Source: an uncultured Candidatus Binatia bacterium | Lineage (GTDB): Bacteria > Desulfobacterota > Binatia > UBA9968 > JAJDTQ01 | Assembly (NCBI GenBank): GCA_965213675.1 | Contig: OZ243916.1 | Coordinates: 896,001-960,000 of the forward strand | Direction: 5' to 3' | Length of the DNA stretch: 64,000 bases | Notes under the pieces: generated by a model | What the model was told of the DNA's origin: nothing | Seen by the model: the letters and a program-made list of their open reading frames with translations, nothing else | Database searches by the model: none | Shown here: piece by piece, positions 13,171 to 22,871 of the stretch | Position numbering within the stretch: the first letter of the stretch is position 1 | Layout of the letters: every line of letters starts with the position of its first letter | Program-made: the position numbers and the translations under genes

Positions 13171-13392
13171 ATGAGTAAACAAGACAATATAGAGGTTTCG
13201 GGTACGGTGAGGGAGAGCCTTCCCAACGCCATGTTCAAGGTCGAGCTGGACAACAAGCACAACGTACTTGCCTACACCGCGGGCAAGATGCGCAAGTTCT
13301 ACATCAAGATTCTGCCCGGAGACCGGGTGACCCTCGAACTGTCGCCCTATGATTTGAGCCGCGGCCGGATCACCTACCGGCATCGCAACTGA
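13171..13392 (+). CDS. infA: Translation initiation factor IF-1
   Basis: [11 protein letters not shown]...LPNAMF...GKMR...ILPGDRV...[13 protein letters not shown]. Confidence 0.97.
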   Translation: MSKQDNIEVSGTVRESLPNAMFKVELDNKHNVLAYTAGKMRKFYIKILPGDRVTLELSPYDLSRGRITYRHRN

Positions 13393-13452
13393 CCCACCGG
13401 CGCACGCGCAAGCCAAGCTGGCGTCCCGCGTGCACCACCGGATACGACAATC

Positions 13453-13623
13453 CCAGAAGCTTGCGCCGCAGGAATTCGCCAAGGCGAACATCCGCTATCG
13501 CCGTCCCTTCGGACGGTCGATTGCGGAGAATTTCATATCCTGTTTGACGAAATCGAGCGGCCGAAGTGACGAATGAGAGCGGATTTGCAGCCGTGAATTC
13601 CTGCGGCGCAGACACCACACTAG
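13453..13623. repeat. Palindromic MITE-like repeat between convergent genes
   Basis: 16-bp IR TGCGCCGCAGGAATTC (13462-13477) / 13595-13610; ends in AGACACCACACTAG, the exact reverse complement of 9927-9940; left part is shared with 57981-58047. Confidence 0.7.
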
Positions 13624-14969
13624 GCGGCGGGCATGCGTTCCATGAGGTCGCGGCGCGCGGCCTGCGCGCGCCGGATGACGGTCTCTTCGTCGAGCAGGGT
13701 GCAGCGGCGTCCGCGCATCAGCACCTGGCCGTCGGCTACCACCGTGTCTACGTCGGTGGCCTTGGCGCAATGCACCAACTGGCTCACCAGGTCGTTGACA
13801 GGCTGGAAATGCGGCTTGTCCACATCCACCAGAATCAGGTCCGCGCGCTTGCCCGCCTCCACGGTGCCGCACACCGGACCGAGCCCGAGCGCGTGGGCGC
13901 CATCCACCGTGGCCATGCGCAGGACACTGTAAGGGTCGATGACGCCAGCGTCCTGGTGCTTGACCTTCTGCAGCAGCGACGCCGCCTTCATGGTCTCGAA
14001 CAGGTCCTGTCCGTGGTTGCTCGCCGCGCCGTCCGTGCCCAGACCCACCCGGACGCCGGCCGCCAGCATCTCCACCACGGGCGCGATGCCGTCGCCCAGC
14101 ATCATGTTGCTCACCGGGTTGTGCGAAACAGCCGTGCGGGTCTCCGCCAAGTGGCGAATTTCGTCGTTGGAGAGGTGGACGCTATGGGCGAAGATGGCGT
14201 CCTCGCCGGGGATGGCGAAGTCCTTCAGGTGCTCCACCACGCCCGCGCGGTTCAGCGTCCGGCGCGTCACCTCCACCACGGATTGCGATTCCGCCACGTG
14301 GGCGCTGATGCCGATGGAGTGGGCATCGGCGAACCGGCGGATCTCCCGCAGCAGGTCGGGCGAGGCATTGATGGGCGGCGTGTTGGGGCCGGTGCGGAAG
14401 GTCAGTAGCGGTGGACGTTGGGGCGCGTCGCCCATCAACTCCTCGATGCGTGCGAAGGCCGTCTCCGGGGTCTCTCTGGTGCAGTCCGGCACGATCTCTC
14501 CGGTGTCCATGATCGTGCGCGCGAACACGCTGCGCAAACCCGACCGGGAAATGGCGTCCACCGTCGCCACGGCGCACTCCGGGCCCGGGTTCAGGAAATT
14601 GTGCTCGCAGATGGTGGTGACGCCGCCCTTGAGATTCTCGAGACAACCGAGCAGCGCGCCCGCGGCCGCATGCTCCGGATTCAGCACCCGCGCCACCCCG
14701 TAGATGCGCTTGAGCCAATCGAGAAACGGCATGTCCTCCCACACGGCCCGCAGGAGCACCTGGTAGAGATGGGTGTGGGCATTGACCAGCCCGGGGAGAA
14801 GCACCTTGCCGCGGCCGTCGATGCGCGTCTCCCCGTCCCGCGCCGGCGCCTCACCCTTGTCCACCGCCGCGATGACCCCGTCCACGGCCGTCACGTAACC
14901 CGATTCGATGACCGCCTCGCGACCGGTCATGGGGAGAATCGTACAATCCGTGATGGTTGTGGTATCCAT
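13620..14969 (-). CDS. Amidohydrolase (MTA/SAH deaminase-like)
   Basis: PGLVNAHTH, HVAES, AHSVHL, HNPVSN, GLGTDGAASN, GKRADL. Confidence 0.88.
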   Translation of the reverse strand: MDTTTITDCTILPMTGREAVIESGYVTAVDGVIAAVDKGEAPARDGETRIDGRGKVLLPGLVNAHTHLYQVLLRAVWEDMPFLDWLKRIYGVARVLNPEHAAAGALLGCLENLKGGVTTICEHNFLNPGPECAVATVDAISRSGLRSVFARTIMDTGEIVPDCTRETPETAFARIEELMGDAPQRPPLLTFRTGPNTPPINASPDLLREIRRFADAHSIGISAHVAESQSVVEVTRRTLNRAGVVEHLKDFAIPGEDAIFAHSVHLSNDEIRHLAETRTAVSHNPVSNMMLGDGIAPVVEMLAAGVRVGLGTDGAASNHGQDLFETMKAASLLQKVKHQDAGVIDPYSVLRMATVDGAHALGLGPVCGTVEAGKRADLILVDVDKPHFQPVNDLVSQLVHCAKATDVDTVVADGQVLMRGRRCTLLDEETVIRRAQAARRDLMERMPAA

Positions 14970-15038
14970 GGCCGTTCCCAGGCAAGCGGCGCAGCGCCGC
15001 CCCCTTTGAGCTCGCAGTCCCGCCGGCGCGGACCGTGT

Positions 15039-15302
15039 TCAGGAGTCCCGTGTCCTCCGTTCGTGCGCCTCGTTGACCTTGAGCACGCGCCCCTGAAGCT
15101 CCGTGCCGTTCAAGGCCTCCATGGCCGCCTGGGCCTCGGCGTCCGAGCCCATCTCGACGAATCCGAAACCGCGCGACCGGCCGGAAAAGCGGTCGGTCAC
15201 GATCCGCGCCGAAGCTACTTCGCCGTGTGCCGCGAAAAGCTCCTGCAGCTCGGCCTCGGTCACGGCGTAGGGCAGTCCGCTCACGTATAGTCTGTCACCC
15301 AT
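15039..15302 (-). CDS. RRM RNA-binding protein
   Basis: LYVSGL and RGFGFVEM. Confidence 0.92.
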   Translation of the reverse strand: MGDRLYVSGLPYAVTEAELQELFAAHGEVASARIVTDRFSGRSRGFGFVEMGSDAEAQAAMEALNGTELQGRVLKVNEAHERRTRDS

Positions 15303-15521
15303 GGCACACCCCCTGTTGGATGTCCGAACACCGTGTTCGAACGTGACATCAGCAAGGCAAACGGCCCGATCTTATCGCCATGCAGCCGGCAATGCAAACG
15401 TAGGCACGCCACGGGAAAGGCTCCGCTGCCTGCGAGGCCGACGGTGTTCGTCCCGATCCGGCCGGAGTTCAAGGATGCGTGGACGGCGCCGGTCCGGGGC
15501 CGTCCTTCACGACGGCATCCC

Positions 15522-16640
15522 TCAAGCCTGCGCCGCCCGGCGCACCGCCGCGACCACGCAATCCAACAGTTCTTCGGGCCGGTCCACGGCCATTTCCATC
15601 CTCAGGGCCAGCACGCGTCCGGTGGAGAAGGGAAACCGCGCCAGCTTGACGTAGTCCTTCTCGGTGGTGACGATTTTCTCGGCTGGGTGCCGGTTGATTT
15701 CGCGCCAGTCTCCCTCGGAGTACGCATGATGGTCGGGATACTCAAGCGTATCCACGATGATCGCCTCGCACTCATGGAGCATGGCGTAGAACGGCTCCGG
15801 GTCGGCGACCCCGGCCACGGCCAGGCAGCGGGCGCCGGCGAGGGCGCCGAGGGTCAACTCGCGGTGGCCGGACTCGGTGCTTGCGAGTGTCGCGCGCGCC
15901 TTCCGCTCCGCGAAAAAAACCCTCGAAGAGTCGAAAAAGCCATCCAGCCGGGTCCGCCAGCGATCATGCGCTCCGGTCACCAACACGACATGGGCGCGGC
16001 GCAGCGCCCCGAGCGGTTCGCGAAACGGTCCCGCGGGAAGGAGCGAGCCCTCGCAGTCGGAACCCACGAGGACGACATCGAGATCCCGCCGGAGCCGCCG
16101 GTGCTGGAATCCATCGTCCAGCAGGAAGAGGTTCGCCTTCCGCGGATCCCCAGCCGCCTCCAGGCCGACGCGGTGGCGATCAGCGCCCACCCCCACGCGT
16201 TGCCCGTACAGGGCGCTCATCATGGCCGGTTCGTCGCCATGGACCAGGAGCGTGCCCGCGGCCTCGTCGAACCATCTCCCGGCATCCTCGGGTTCGATGA
16301 CGGTCGGCCGGCCGGCGCCGCCGTAGCCGCGCGTCAGGATGGTCGGCTGGAAGCCGCGGCGCTGCAGCGCCTGGGACAGCCACAGGACCGTCGGGGTCTT
16401 GCCGGCGCCGCCCACCGTCAGGTTGCCCACGCTCACCACCGGAAGCGGAAGTTCGCGGACACGCAGCACCCCGGCCGTGTACAACCCGTTCCGCAGCCCC
16501 ATCGCCATCCGGTAGACCAGGCTCCACGGCCACAACAACAGCCACAGAATGCCAGCGGTCGCGCCACGCCGCCGCCAGATATCCCGGACCCACCGTGTCA
16601 GGATACCCGTGTGGCGTTTTACGAAAACGTTGACAAACAT
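15522..16640 (-). CDS. lpxK: Tetraacyldisaccharide 4'-kinase (start uncertain; the predicted ATG lies inside a repeat)
   Basis: VGNLTVGGAGKTP, LTRGYG, GDEP, LDDGFQH, YPDHH, TTEKD. Confidence 0.94.
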   Translation of the reverse strand: MFVNVFVKRHTGILTRWVRDIWRRRGATAGILWLLLWPWSLVYRMAMGLRNGLYTAGVLRVRELPLPVVSVGNLTVGGAGKTPTVLWLSQALQRRGFQPTILTRGYGGAGRPTVIEPEDAGRWFDEAAGTLLVHGDEPAMMSALYGQRVGVGADRHRVGLEAAGDPRKANLFLLDDGFQHRRLRRDLDVVLVGSDCEGSLLPAGPFREPLGALRRAHVVLVTGAHDRWRTRLDGFFDSSRVFFAERKARATLASTESGHRELTLGALAGARCLAVAGVADPEPFYAMLHECEAIIVDTLEYPDHHAYSEGDWREINRHPAEKIVTTEKDYVKLARFPFSTGRVLALRMEMAVDRPEELLDCVVAAVRRAAQA

Positions 16641-16730
16641 CCTTGTCCTTTTCGCCGTCGGCTGCGTCGCGTCACCCCGGGCTTGACCCGGGAACCTCCT
16701 GGCGTGGCGCCCAGCGGGTCGCCCCGGCCC
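16609..16730. repeat. Composite REP/MITE-derived repeat
   Basis: GTGTGGCGTTT end, TTTTCGCCGTCGGCTGCGT (MITE core), GTCACCCCGGGCTTGACCCGGG hairpin and a degenerate GGTCGCCCC; inverted homologue of 463-595. Confidence 0.6.
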
Positions 16731-16812
16731 TGGACTTGAGAGCCGTGGGCCTTATCGAATCGCAAGGAGAGGCGGAGGGCGGTTTCGCGCCGCATGGACC
16801 CATTTTTCTCCC

Positions 16813-18141
16813 TCATGGTAGAATCGTGATGGACCCGACAGGTTCCCGGCCAAGGCCGCCCCCCGACGCGCCGCGCGCGAGTTGCCGGCTCACCAGTCGC
16901 ATGCTGCGCGACAGGACGTCCGTGTCCGCCACCGCCGCCTGCGCGGCGGCGCGGCCCATGGCCGCCGCCCGGGCGGGTGCCGCCAGCAGGTCGCCGATCA
17001 CTGCCTGGAGGTCCTCGGAGCCGTGTACTTCGACGCCCCCGCCACTTTCCAGGAGCGCGCGCGCCACCGCCGCGACGTTGGCGTGATGGGGCCCGAACAG
17101 CACCGGCTTGGCCCAACGCGCCGGCTCCAGGAGATTGTGTCCTCCCACCGGGACCAGCGTCCCCCCCACGAACGCGACATCGGCGCAGCCGTACACGCGC
17201 GGCAACTCGCCCAGAGTATCCCACAACAGCACGCCGACCTCCCCGGACGGGATGCCCTCCGCCTGGCTTCGCCTGCAGAAACGCAGTTCGCGTTGCCGCA
17301 GCAGGCGTCCCACCTCGGCGAACCGCTCCGGATGCCTCGGGGCGAGGATCATCAACAGCCGCGGGAAACGGCGGCGCAACCCGGGAAGGACATCCAGCAG
17401 CATCTCCTCCTCACCCTTGTGGGTGCTGCCCGCCACCAGCACGGGACCCGGGCCGAAGCCGGGCAGATCCGCGGGGGGCTCCGCCCCCGCGGCATGGGGG
17501 ACGTGCTTCAGGGAACCCGTGACCGTGACCCGGGCCGGATCCACGCCCAGATCGAGCAGGCGGCGCGCGTTCTCTTCGTCCTGCATGCCGAAGGCGGACA
17601 CCCGCTCCAGCACGGGCCGGAAGAGCCGCCGGAACCGCTTGAAGAGAGCCGCGCCGCGCGGCGACAAGCGGCCGCTGAGCACCACCAGAGGAATGCGCCG
17701 CCGGTGCGCCGCAAGGATGAAATTGGGCCAGATCTCGGTTTCCAGCACGACGATGACTTCCGGGCGAAGACGCCGGAGGCTGCGCGACACCAGCCACGGC
17801 AGGTCCAGAGGCAGGTAGGTGACGGCGTCCACCTGAGGAAGGGTCTCCCATCCCGTCTGCCGGCCGGTGGCCGTGGCGGTGGACAGCAGCAGCTTGCGTT
17901 CCGGCCAGCGCGACTTCATGCACTGGAACAGTGCCGCGGCTGAACGCACTTCGCCCACGGAGGCGGCATGGACCCAGATGGGGCGGGAACCGGCGAGCGC
18001 GTCGCCCAGCGCCGCCGGATAGGCGGCAAAACGCTCGCACAGGCCCCGATACGGCCGCCGCGGGAGAACGAACAGCAACGGCCACGCCACGAGCGCCAGC
18101 GCGAGGCCCGCGTGCCACACCGCATTGTAGAGGCTCAACAC
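16813..18141 (-). CDS. waaA: Kdo transferase
   Basis: WVHAASVGE, ETEIWPN, GSTHKGEE, APRHPER, GGHNLLEP. Confidence 0.95.
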   Translation of the reverse strand: MLSLYNAVWHAGLALALVAWPLLFVLPRRPYRGLCERFAAYPAALGDALAGSRPIWVHAASVGEVRSAAALFQCMKSRWPERKLLLSTATATGRQTGWETLPQVDAVTYLPLDLPWLVSRSLRRLRPEVIVVLETEIWPNFILAAHRRRIPLVVLSGRLSPRGAALFKRFRRLFRPVLERVSAFGMQDEENARRLLDLGVDPARVTVTGSLKHVPHAAGAEPPADLPGFGPGPVLVAGSTHKGEEEMLLDVLPGLRRRFPRLLMILAPRHPERFAEVGRLLRQRELRFCRRSQAEGIPSGEVGVLLWDTLGELPRVYGCADVAFVGGTLVPVGGHNLLEPARWAKPVLFGPHHANVAAVARALLESGGGVEVHGSEDLQAVIGDLLAAPARAAAMGRAAAQAAVADTDVLSRSMRLVSRQLARGASGGGLGREPVGSITILP

Positions 18142-18183
18142 CCGTTCCGGCTCCGTCCGTTGTGGTCCGCCGGGAGGGCGGCC

Positions 18184-19935
18184 TCAGTGCAGGTACTTCC
18201 CTTCCGTGGCGCTGCCTTCCACGGTTTGCAAGTGATAGAGGCGGCTGTACTCCTTGCGCCGGGCCAGCAGATCCCTGTGGGTACCCTCCTCCACCACGGT
18301 GCCCTTGGCAAGAACCACGATGCGCGTCGCGTTGCGAATGGTGGACATGCGATGAGCGATGACGAGACTCGTGCGGTTCTTCATGAGTTCGTCGAGGGCG
18401 TCCTGCACGAGCCGCTCCGACTCGGAGTCAAGGGCGGATGTGGCTTCATCGAGGATCAGGATCGGCGCATCCTTGAGCACGGCGCGGGCGATGGCGATGC
18501 GCTGCCGCTGTCCCCCGGACAGCTTCAGGCCCAGTTCCCCCAGCACCGTATCGTAACCCATGGGCAACTCCATGATGAAGTCGTGGGCATGAGCCGCCCG
18601 GGCGGCGCGGATGATCTCGTCCATGTCCTTGGAGGGATCGCCGTAGGAGATGTTGTTTCTCACGCTGTCGTTGAAGAGAAAGGTGTGCTGGGTCACGATG
18701 GCGATCTGACGCCGGAGCGATGCCAGGGTGATCCTGTGAATTTCCCTCCCGTCGAGGGTGATGCTGCCCGAAGTCACGTCGTAGAAGCGCGGCAACAGAG
18801 CCGAGAGCGTGGTCTTGCCCGAACCGCTCGTGCCCACCAGGGCCACCGTCTCGCCACGCCGTATCTCCAGGTCGACGTCCTTGAGGACGGGATCCTCGCG
18901 ATATCCGAAGGTCACTTCCGAGAACACGATGCGGTCGGAAAACCGTTGGATGGGAACCGCGCCGGGATGGTCGGCGACGTCCAGCGGCGCGTCCAGCACG
19001 TCGAAGATGCGCTCGCCCCCGGCGATGCCCTGATGGATCTCCGGAAGCGTACGGCTCAGGTGCTTGAAGGGTTCGTAGACGAGGAACATCGCGGTGATGA
19101 AGGCGAAGAACTCGCCGGCGGTGCGCCCTCCCGCCATGACCGAGTTGCCCCCGTACCAGAGAACCCCCGCCATGCCGAGGCCCGCCAGCATCTCCATGAC
19201 CGACGGAATGATGGCGCGGGCGCGGCTCGCCTTCATGCTGTGGCGCAGCACTTCCCGATTCTCCCGGTTGAAGCGGTCCAGCTCGTACTGCTCCATGCCG
19301 AAGGCCTTCACGATGGGGCTGCCCTGGAGGCTCTCCTGCAGGATCGCGGCGAGGGTTCCGGTACTGGCCTGGCTGCGCCGGGTGGACCTGCGGACGCGCC
19401 CGGTGAGCCGCCGCACGGGAAGAACCGCGCCGGGAAACGCGATGAAGGCGATGGTCGCCAACACCCAGTCCATGTAGAAGGCCACCAAGGTCAACGCCGT
19501 CACCGATGTCGTGTTGCGCGCCAGCGAGGCGACGGCGCTGGTGAGCGCGACGCGCACCAGACTCACGTCGCTCGTGACCCGGGAGAGCAGCGTTCCCGTG
19601 GGATTGCGATGGATGTAGGCGAGCGAGAGCCACTGGAGCTTTCCGCACAACGCGGAACGCAGGTCGCGAATGATCCGATGGCCGACGTAGTCCATCAGAT
19701 AGGTCTGGCCGAAGTTGGACGCCCCGCGAAAGGCGAACACCAACACCACCAGGAAAGGAATGTAGAGCAGCATCCCGGAGTCCTGGGCCACGAACATCCG
19801 GTCCACCATGTCCCGCACGACGAACGGAAGCGCCGCGGTGGAGGCGCTGAACAGCAGCATGCACACGATGGCGACGCAGAAGTGCGGCCACACGTACGGC
19901 TGCAGAAATCCGAGCAAACGCCGGTAGGGCGTCAT
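18184..19935 (-). CDS. msbA: Lipid A export ABC transporter
   Basis: TMD plus NBD (GTSGSGKT, LSGGQRQR, LDEATSALD); lies in the lipid A operon. Confidence 0.9.
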   Translation of the reverse strand: MTPYRRLLGFLQPYVWPHFCVAIVCMLLFSASTAALPFVVRDMVDRMFVAQDSGMLLYIPFLVVLVFAFRGASNFGQTYLMDYVGHRIIRDLRSALCGKLQWLSLAYIHRNPTGTLLSRVTSDVSLVRVALTSAVASLARNTTSVTALTLVAFYMDWVLATIAFIAFPGAVLPVRRLTGRVRRSTRRSQASTGTLAAILQESLQGSPIVKAFGMEQYELDRFNRENREVLRHSMKASRARAIIPSVMEMLAGLGMAGVLWYGGNSVMAGGRTAGEFFAFITAMFLVYEPFKHLSRTLPEIHQGIAGGERIFDVLDAPLDVADHPGAVPIQRFSDRIVFSEVTFGYREDPVLKDVDLEIRRGETVALVGTSGSGKTTLSALLPRFYDVTSGSITLDGREIHRITLASLRRQIAIVTQHTFLFNDSVRNNISYGDPSKDMDEIIRAARAAHAHDFIMELPMGYDTVLGELGLKLSGGQRQRIAIARAVLKDAPILILDEATSALDSESERLVQDALDELMKNRTSLVIAHRMSTIRNATRIVVLAKGTVVEEGTHRDLLARRKEYSRLYHLQTVEGSATEGKYLH

Positions 19936-21104
19936 GCCGGCGCCCCCGTGCCGGCGCGCGCCAGCAACCGCGTGGCCATGTCGGCGACCCGCCCCGGCGC
20001 ACCCGGAGGCCCCAGGCGGCGCCGCACCGCATCGAGTTTCGCCGCCACCGCCCGGTGAACCTCGGGTCGGAGCAGGCGTCGGGTCTCGGCCACGATCCGT
20101 TCAGCCCTGACCTCTCCCTGAATCAACTCGGGCACCACCCGCTCGCCCGCGATGATGTTCACCATGCCGATGTGATCCACCCGAATGAGCAGACGCCCCA
20201 GCCAATAGCTCAGGGGCGACAGTCGATAGGTGATGACCATGGGCTTCTTGAGCAGTCCCGCTTCCAGGGTCGCCGTCCCGGAAGCCACCCACACGAGGTC
20301 CGCCGCCGCCAGCACGTTGTAGGCGTCCCCGTCGGCGATACGCACGGTGAAGGGGGCTTGCGCCACGGCCCGATCCAACGCCCCGCGTTCGATGGTGCTG
20401 GCGCGAATCAGGACGAACTGCACCGCGCGCTCGCCCGCCAGGACCCGCGCGGCCTCCATCATGGGGACGAGGAGCGAGGCCACCTCCTTGCGCCGGCTGC
20501 CGGGCATCATCGCCACCGTCAAGGTCCCGGCGTCCAGTCCCAGCGCCCCCAGGCTCTCGGCGCGCTCCCGGGTCGGGTGGACGACATCCACCAGCGGATG
20601 CCCGACGAAGTTCACCGTCCGGACGCCCGAAGACTTGTACAGGTCCGCCTCGAACGGAAACACCACGGCCATGGCGTCCACGCAAGCGGCGATCTGGCGG
20701 ACGCGGTAGCGGCGCCAGGCCCAGACCTGCGGACTGATGTAGTAGAGCACGGTGATGCCGTGGCGCCGCGCAAGACGCGCCAGCCGCATATTGAATTCAG
20801 GGAAATCGATGAGAATGAGCAACTCCGGGCGGGCGCTCAGCAGCAGGCGCCTCAAGCGCCGGTAGGCCAACCACACCTGACGCAGGCTGCCCAGCACCTC
20901 GGACAACCCGACGCCGGACACCCTGGCGAAGTCATGGACCACGTCCATGCCCGCTTGCCGCAAGCCGGCGCCGCCCATGCCGAAGAGTTCCACCGTCGGG
21001 TGGCGCTGCTTCAGGATTCGCACCAACTCGGCCCCGCGGGCGTCGCCCGAGGCTTCGCCGCACACCAGCATCACACGCTCCGGCGGGGACGCGTGGCGGG
21101 TCAT
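19932..21104 (-). CDS. lpxB: Lipid-A-disaccharide synthase
   Basis: GEASGD, IDFPEFN, YISPQVWAWR, VGHPL, PGSR, SGTATLE. Confidence 0.95.
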   Translation of the reverse strand: MTRHASPPERVMLVCGEASGDARGAELVRILKQRHPTVELFGMGGAGLRQAGMDVVHDFARVSGVGLSEVLGSLRQVWLAYRRLRRLLLSARPELLILIDFPEFNMRLARLARRHGITVLYYISPQVWAWRRYRVRQIAACVDAMAVVFPFEADLYKSSGVRTVNFVGHPLVDVVHPTRERAESLGALGLDAGTLTVAMMPGSRRKEVASLLVPMMEAARVLAGERAVQFVLIRASTIERGALDRAVAQAPFTVRIADGDAYNVLAAADLVWVASGTATLEAGLLKKPMVITYRLSPLSYWLGRLLIRVDHIGMVNIIAGERVVPELIQGEVRAERIVAETRRLLRPEVHRAVAAKLDAVRRRLGPPGAPGRVADMATRLLARAGTGAPA

Positions 21105-22036
21105 CACAAACGCTCGCTGATGTCGGTGGCGATCCGCAAGGCGTGCAGCCCGTCCTCCCCGCTCACCACCGGCTCTCTGCGGGTGGCCACCGATTCCAGA
21201 AACGATTCGATCTGGTCCTGGAGGGCGTCGCCGTTCCCGGTCACGATGGTCTGTCCCGCGATGCCGTCCCAACCGCGGCTTCGGTCCTCCATCCGGTACA
21301 CCTGCGCCTTCTTGGCGTCATAGTCCAGCGAGATGTAGGCGTCGTGCTGAAAGAAGCGGATCTTGCGCTCGCGCTTCACCGACACCCGGCTGGCGGTGAC
21401 ATTGGCGACACAGCCGTCCTCGAAGCAGATGCGCGCGTTGGCGATGTCCGGCTTGTCCGTGAGCACCGTGACGCCGGTGGCGTCGATCCGGGCCACGGGC
21501 GCGCGCACCAGGCTGGAGATCACGTCGATGTCGTGAATCATCAGGTCCAGCACCACGTCGACGTCCGTACCCCGGGCAATGAAGGGCGCCAGGCGGTGAC
21601 ACTCCACGAACCGCGGCGCCGCAATCACCGACGAGAGTGCGCGCACCACCGGATTGAAGCGCTCCAGGTGCCCCACCTGCAGGATGCGGCCGTGACGACG
21701 CGCGACCTTCACCAGCTCGCAACCATCGGACACCGTCGCGGTGATGGGTTTTTCCACGAGCACGTCGACGCCCGCCTCCAGGCAAGCGCGGGCGACCCGG
21801 TGATGCTCCCGTGTCGGAACCGCGATGCTCACACAGCGCACGCGCTCCAGGATTCGCCGAAAGTCGGCGACCGCGGGCACGCGGTAGTGCGCCCCGGCCT
21901 CCTGCGCGCGCCGTTCGTCGATGTCGGCCACGGCCACCAGCTCGGCCGCGGGCGAAGCCGCGTACTTGGCCGCATGGAGGCTGCCGGCGTAGCCCACGCC
22001 CACCACGCCCACCGGGATGAGACCCCGCCCGTTCAT
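21104..22036 (-). CDS. Gfo/Idh/MocA oxidoreductase, GnnA-like UDP-GlcNAc 3-dehydrogenase
   Basis: VGVGYAG, VEKP, VGHLERFNP, DLMIHDID; position between lpxI and lpxB. Confidence 0.75.
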   Translation of the reverse strand: MNGRGLIPVGVVGVGYAGSLHAAKYAASPAAELVAVADIDERRAQEAGAHYRVPAVADFRRILERVRCVSIAVPTREHHRVARACLEAGVDVLVEKPITATVSDGCELVKVARRHGRILQVGHLERFNPVVRALSSVIAAPRFVECHRLAPFIARGTDVDVVLDLMIHDIDVISSLVRAPVARIDATGVTVLTDKPDIANARICFEDGCVANVTASRVSVKRERKIRFFQHDAYISLDYDAKKAQVYRMEDRSRGWDGIAGQTIVTGNGDALQDQIESFLESVATRREPVVSGEDGLHALRIATDISERL

Positions 22037-22857
22037 TCGGTCTCCAAGGCCACCGCCACCACCGCGATGGCGGCATCGTCGGCCGCCGCCAGCAAGTCAT
22101 CCTTGTCCAGCAGAATCGACCGCCCGCATTCCACCGCGAGCACGCCGCCGCCGGCTTCCCGCAGGACGCCGATGGTGCCCGGGCCGATGGCGGGCACGTC
22201 GAAGCGCAGGTCTTGATCCGGCTTGCTCATCTTCACCACCACGATCCCGCCCTTCGCCATCTCGCCACCGCGGCGGATGGCGGCGTCCGTGCCCTCGATG
22301 GCCTCCACGGCCAGAACGACTCCGTCCTTCAGCACCAAGGTCTGACCAATGCCCATGCGTCCGAGGGTTTTCACCATGGGAATACCCAGACGCACGTCCT
22401 GCCATTGCCCCGCGCTCGGCCCGGTGCGGGTCAAGACCCCCGGCGCCCCGGGGACGATGCGTTCGAGGAAAATCGTCGAAGGCACCACCCGGATGCCCTC
22501 GCCCTCGAGTTCCCCGGCGACCCCGCGCAGGAGGTGGTCGTCGTCCCGCCGCCGCATCCGCGCCAGCAACGCCAGACCCCTGGGATCGGGCCTGAAATTG
22601 GAGAACATGCGCACCTTGCGGATGCCGCCCGCCATGACGGCGTGACGCACTTCGGCCTTGTGGAAGGTCCGGATGATCCGGCCCAACTGCCCCACCTTGA
22701 TCCAGGTGACCTCCGCCGCGCACTGCTCGATCTCCGGGTCCGTCTCCCCGTGATGGGCCACCGCGATGACGCGCACCCCGGCCTGGCGCGCGTTTCGGGC
22801 GAATATCAAGGGAAAGCGGCCGCTACCGGCAATGAGGCCGACCCGGTCCGCGGGCAT
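22033..22857 (-). CDS. lpxI: UDP-2,3-diacylglucosamine diphosphatase LpxI
   Basis: GLIAGSGRFP, IGQT, AVEAIEGTD, KPDQDLRFDVPAIG. Confidence 0.93.
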   Translation of the reverse strand: MPADRVGLIAGSGRFPLIFARNARQAGVRVIAVAHHGETDPEIEQCAAEVTWIKVGQLGRIIRTFHKAEVRHAVMAGGIRKVRMFSNFRPDPRGLALLARMRRRDDDHLLRGVAGELEGEGIRVVPSTIFLERIVPGAPGVLTRTGPSAGQWQDVRLGIPMVKTLGRMGIGQTLVLKDGVVLAVEAIEGTDAAIRRGGEMAKGGIVVVKMSKPDQDLRFDVPAIGPGTIGVLREAGGGVLAVECGRSILLDKDDLLAAADDAAIAVVAVALETE

Positions 22858-22871
22858 TTCCGCAAACCGGC

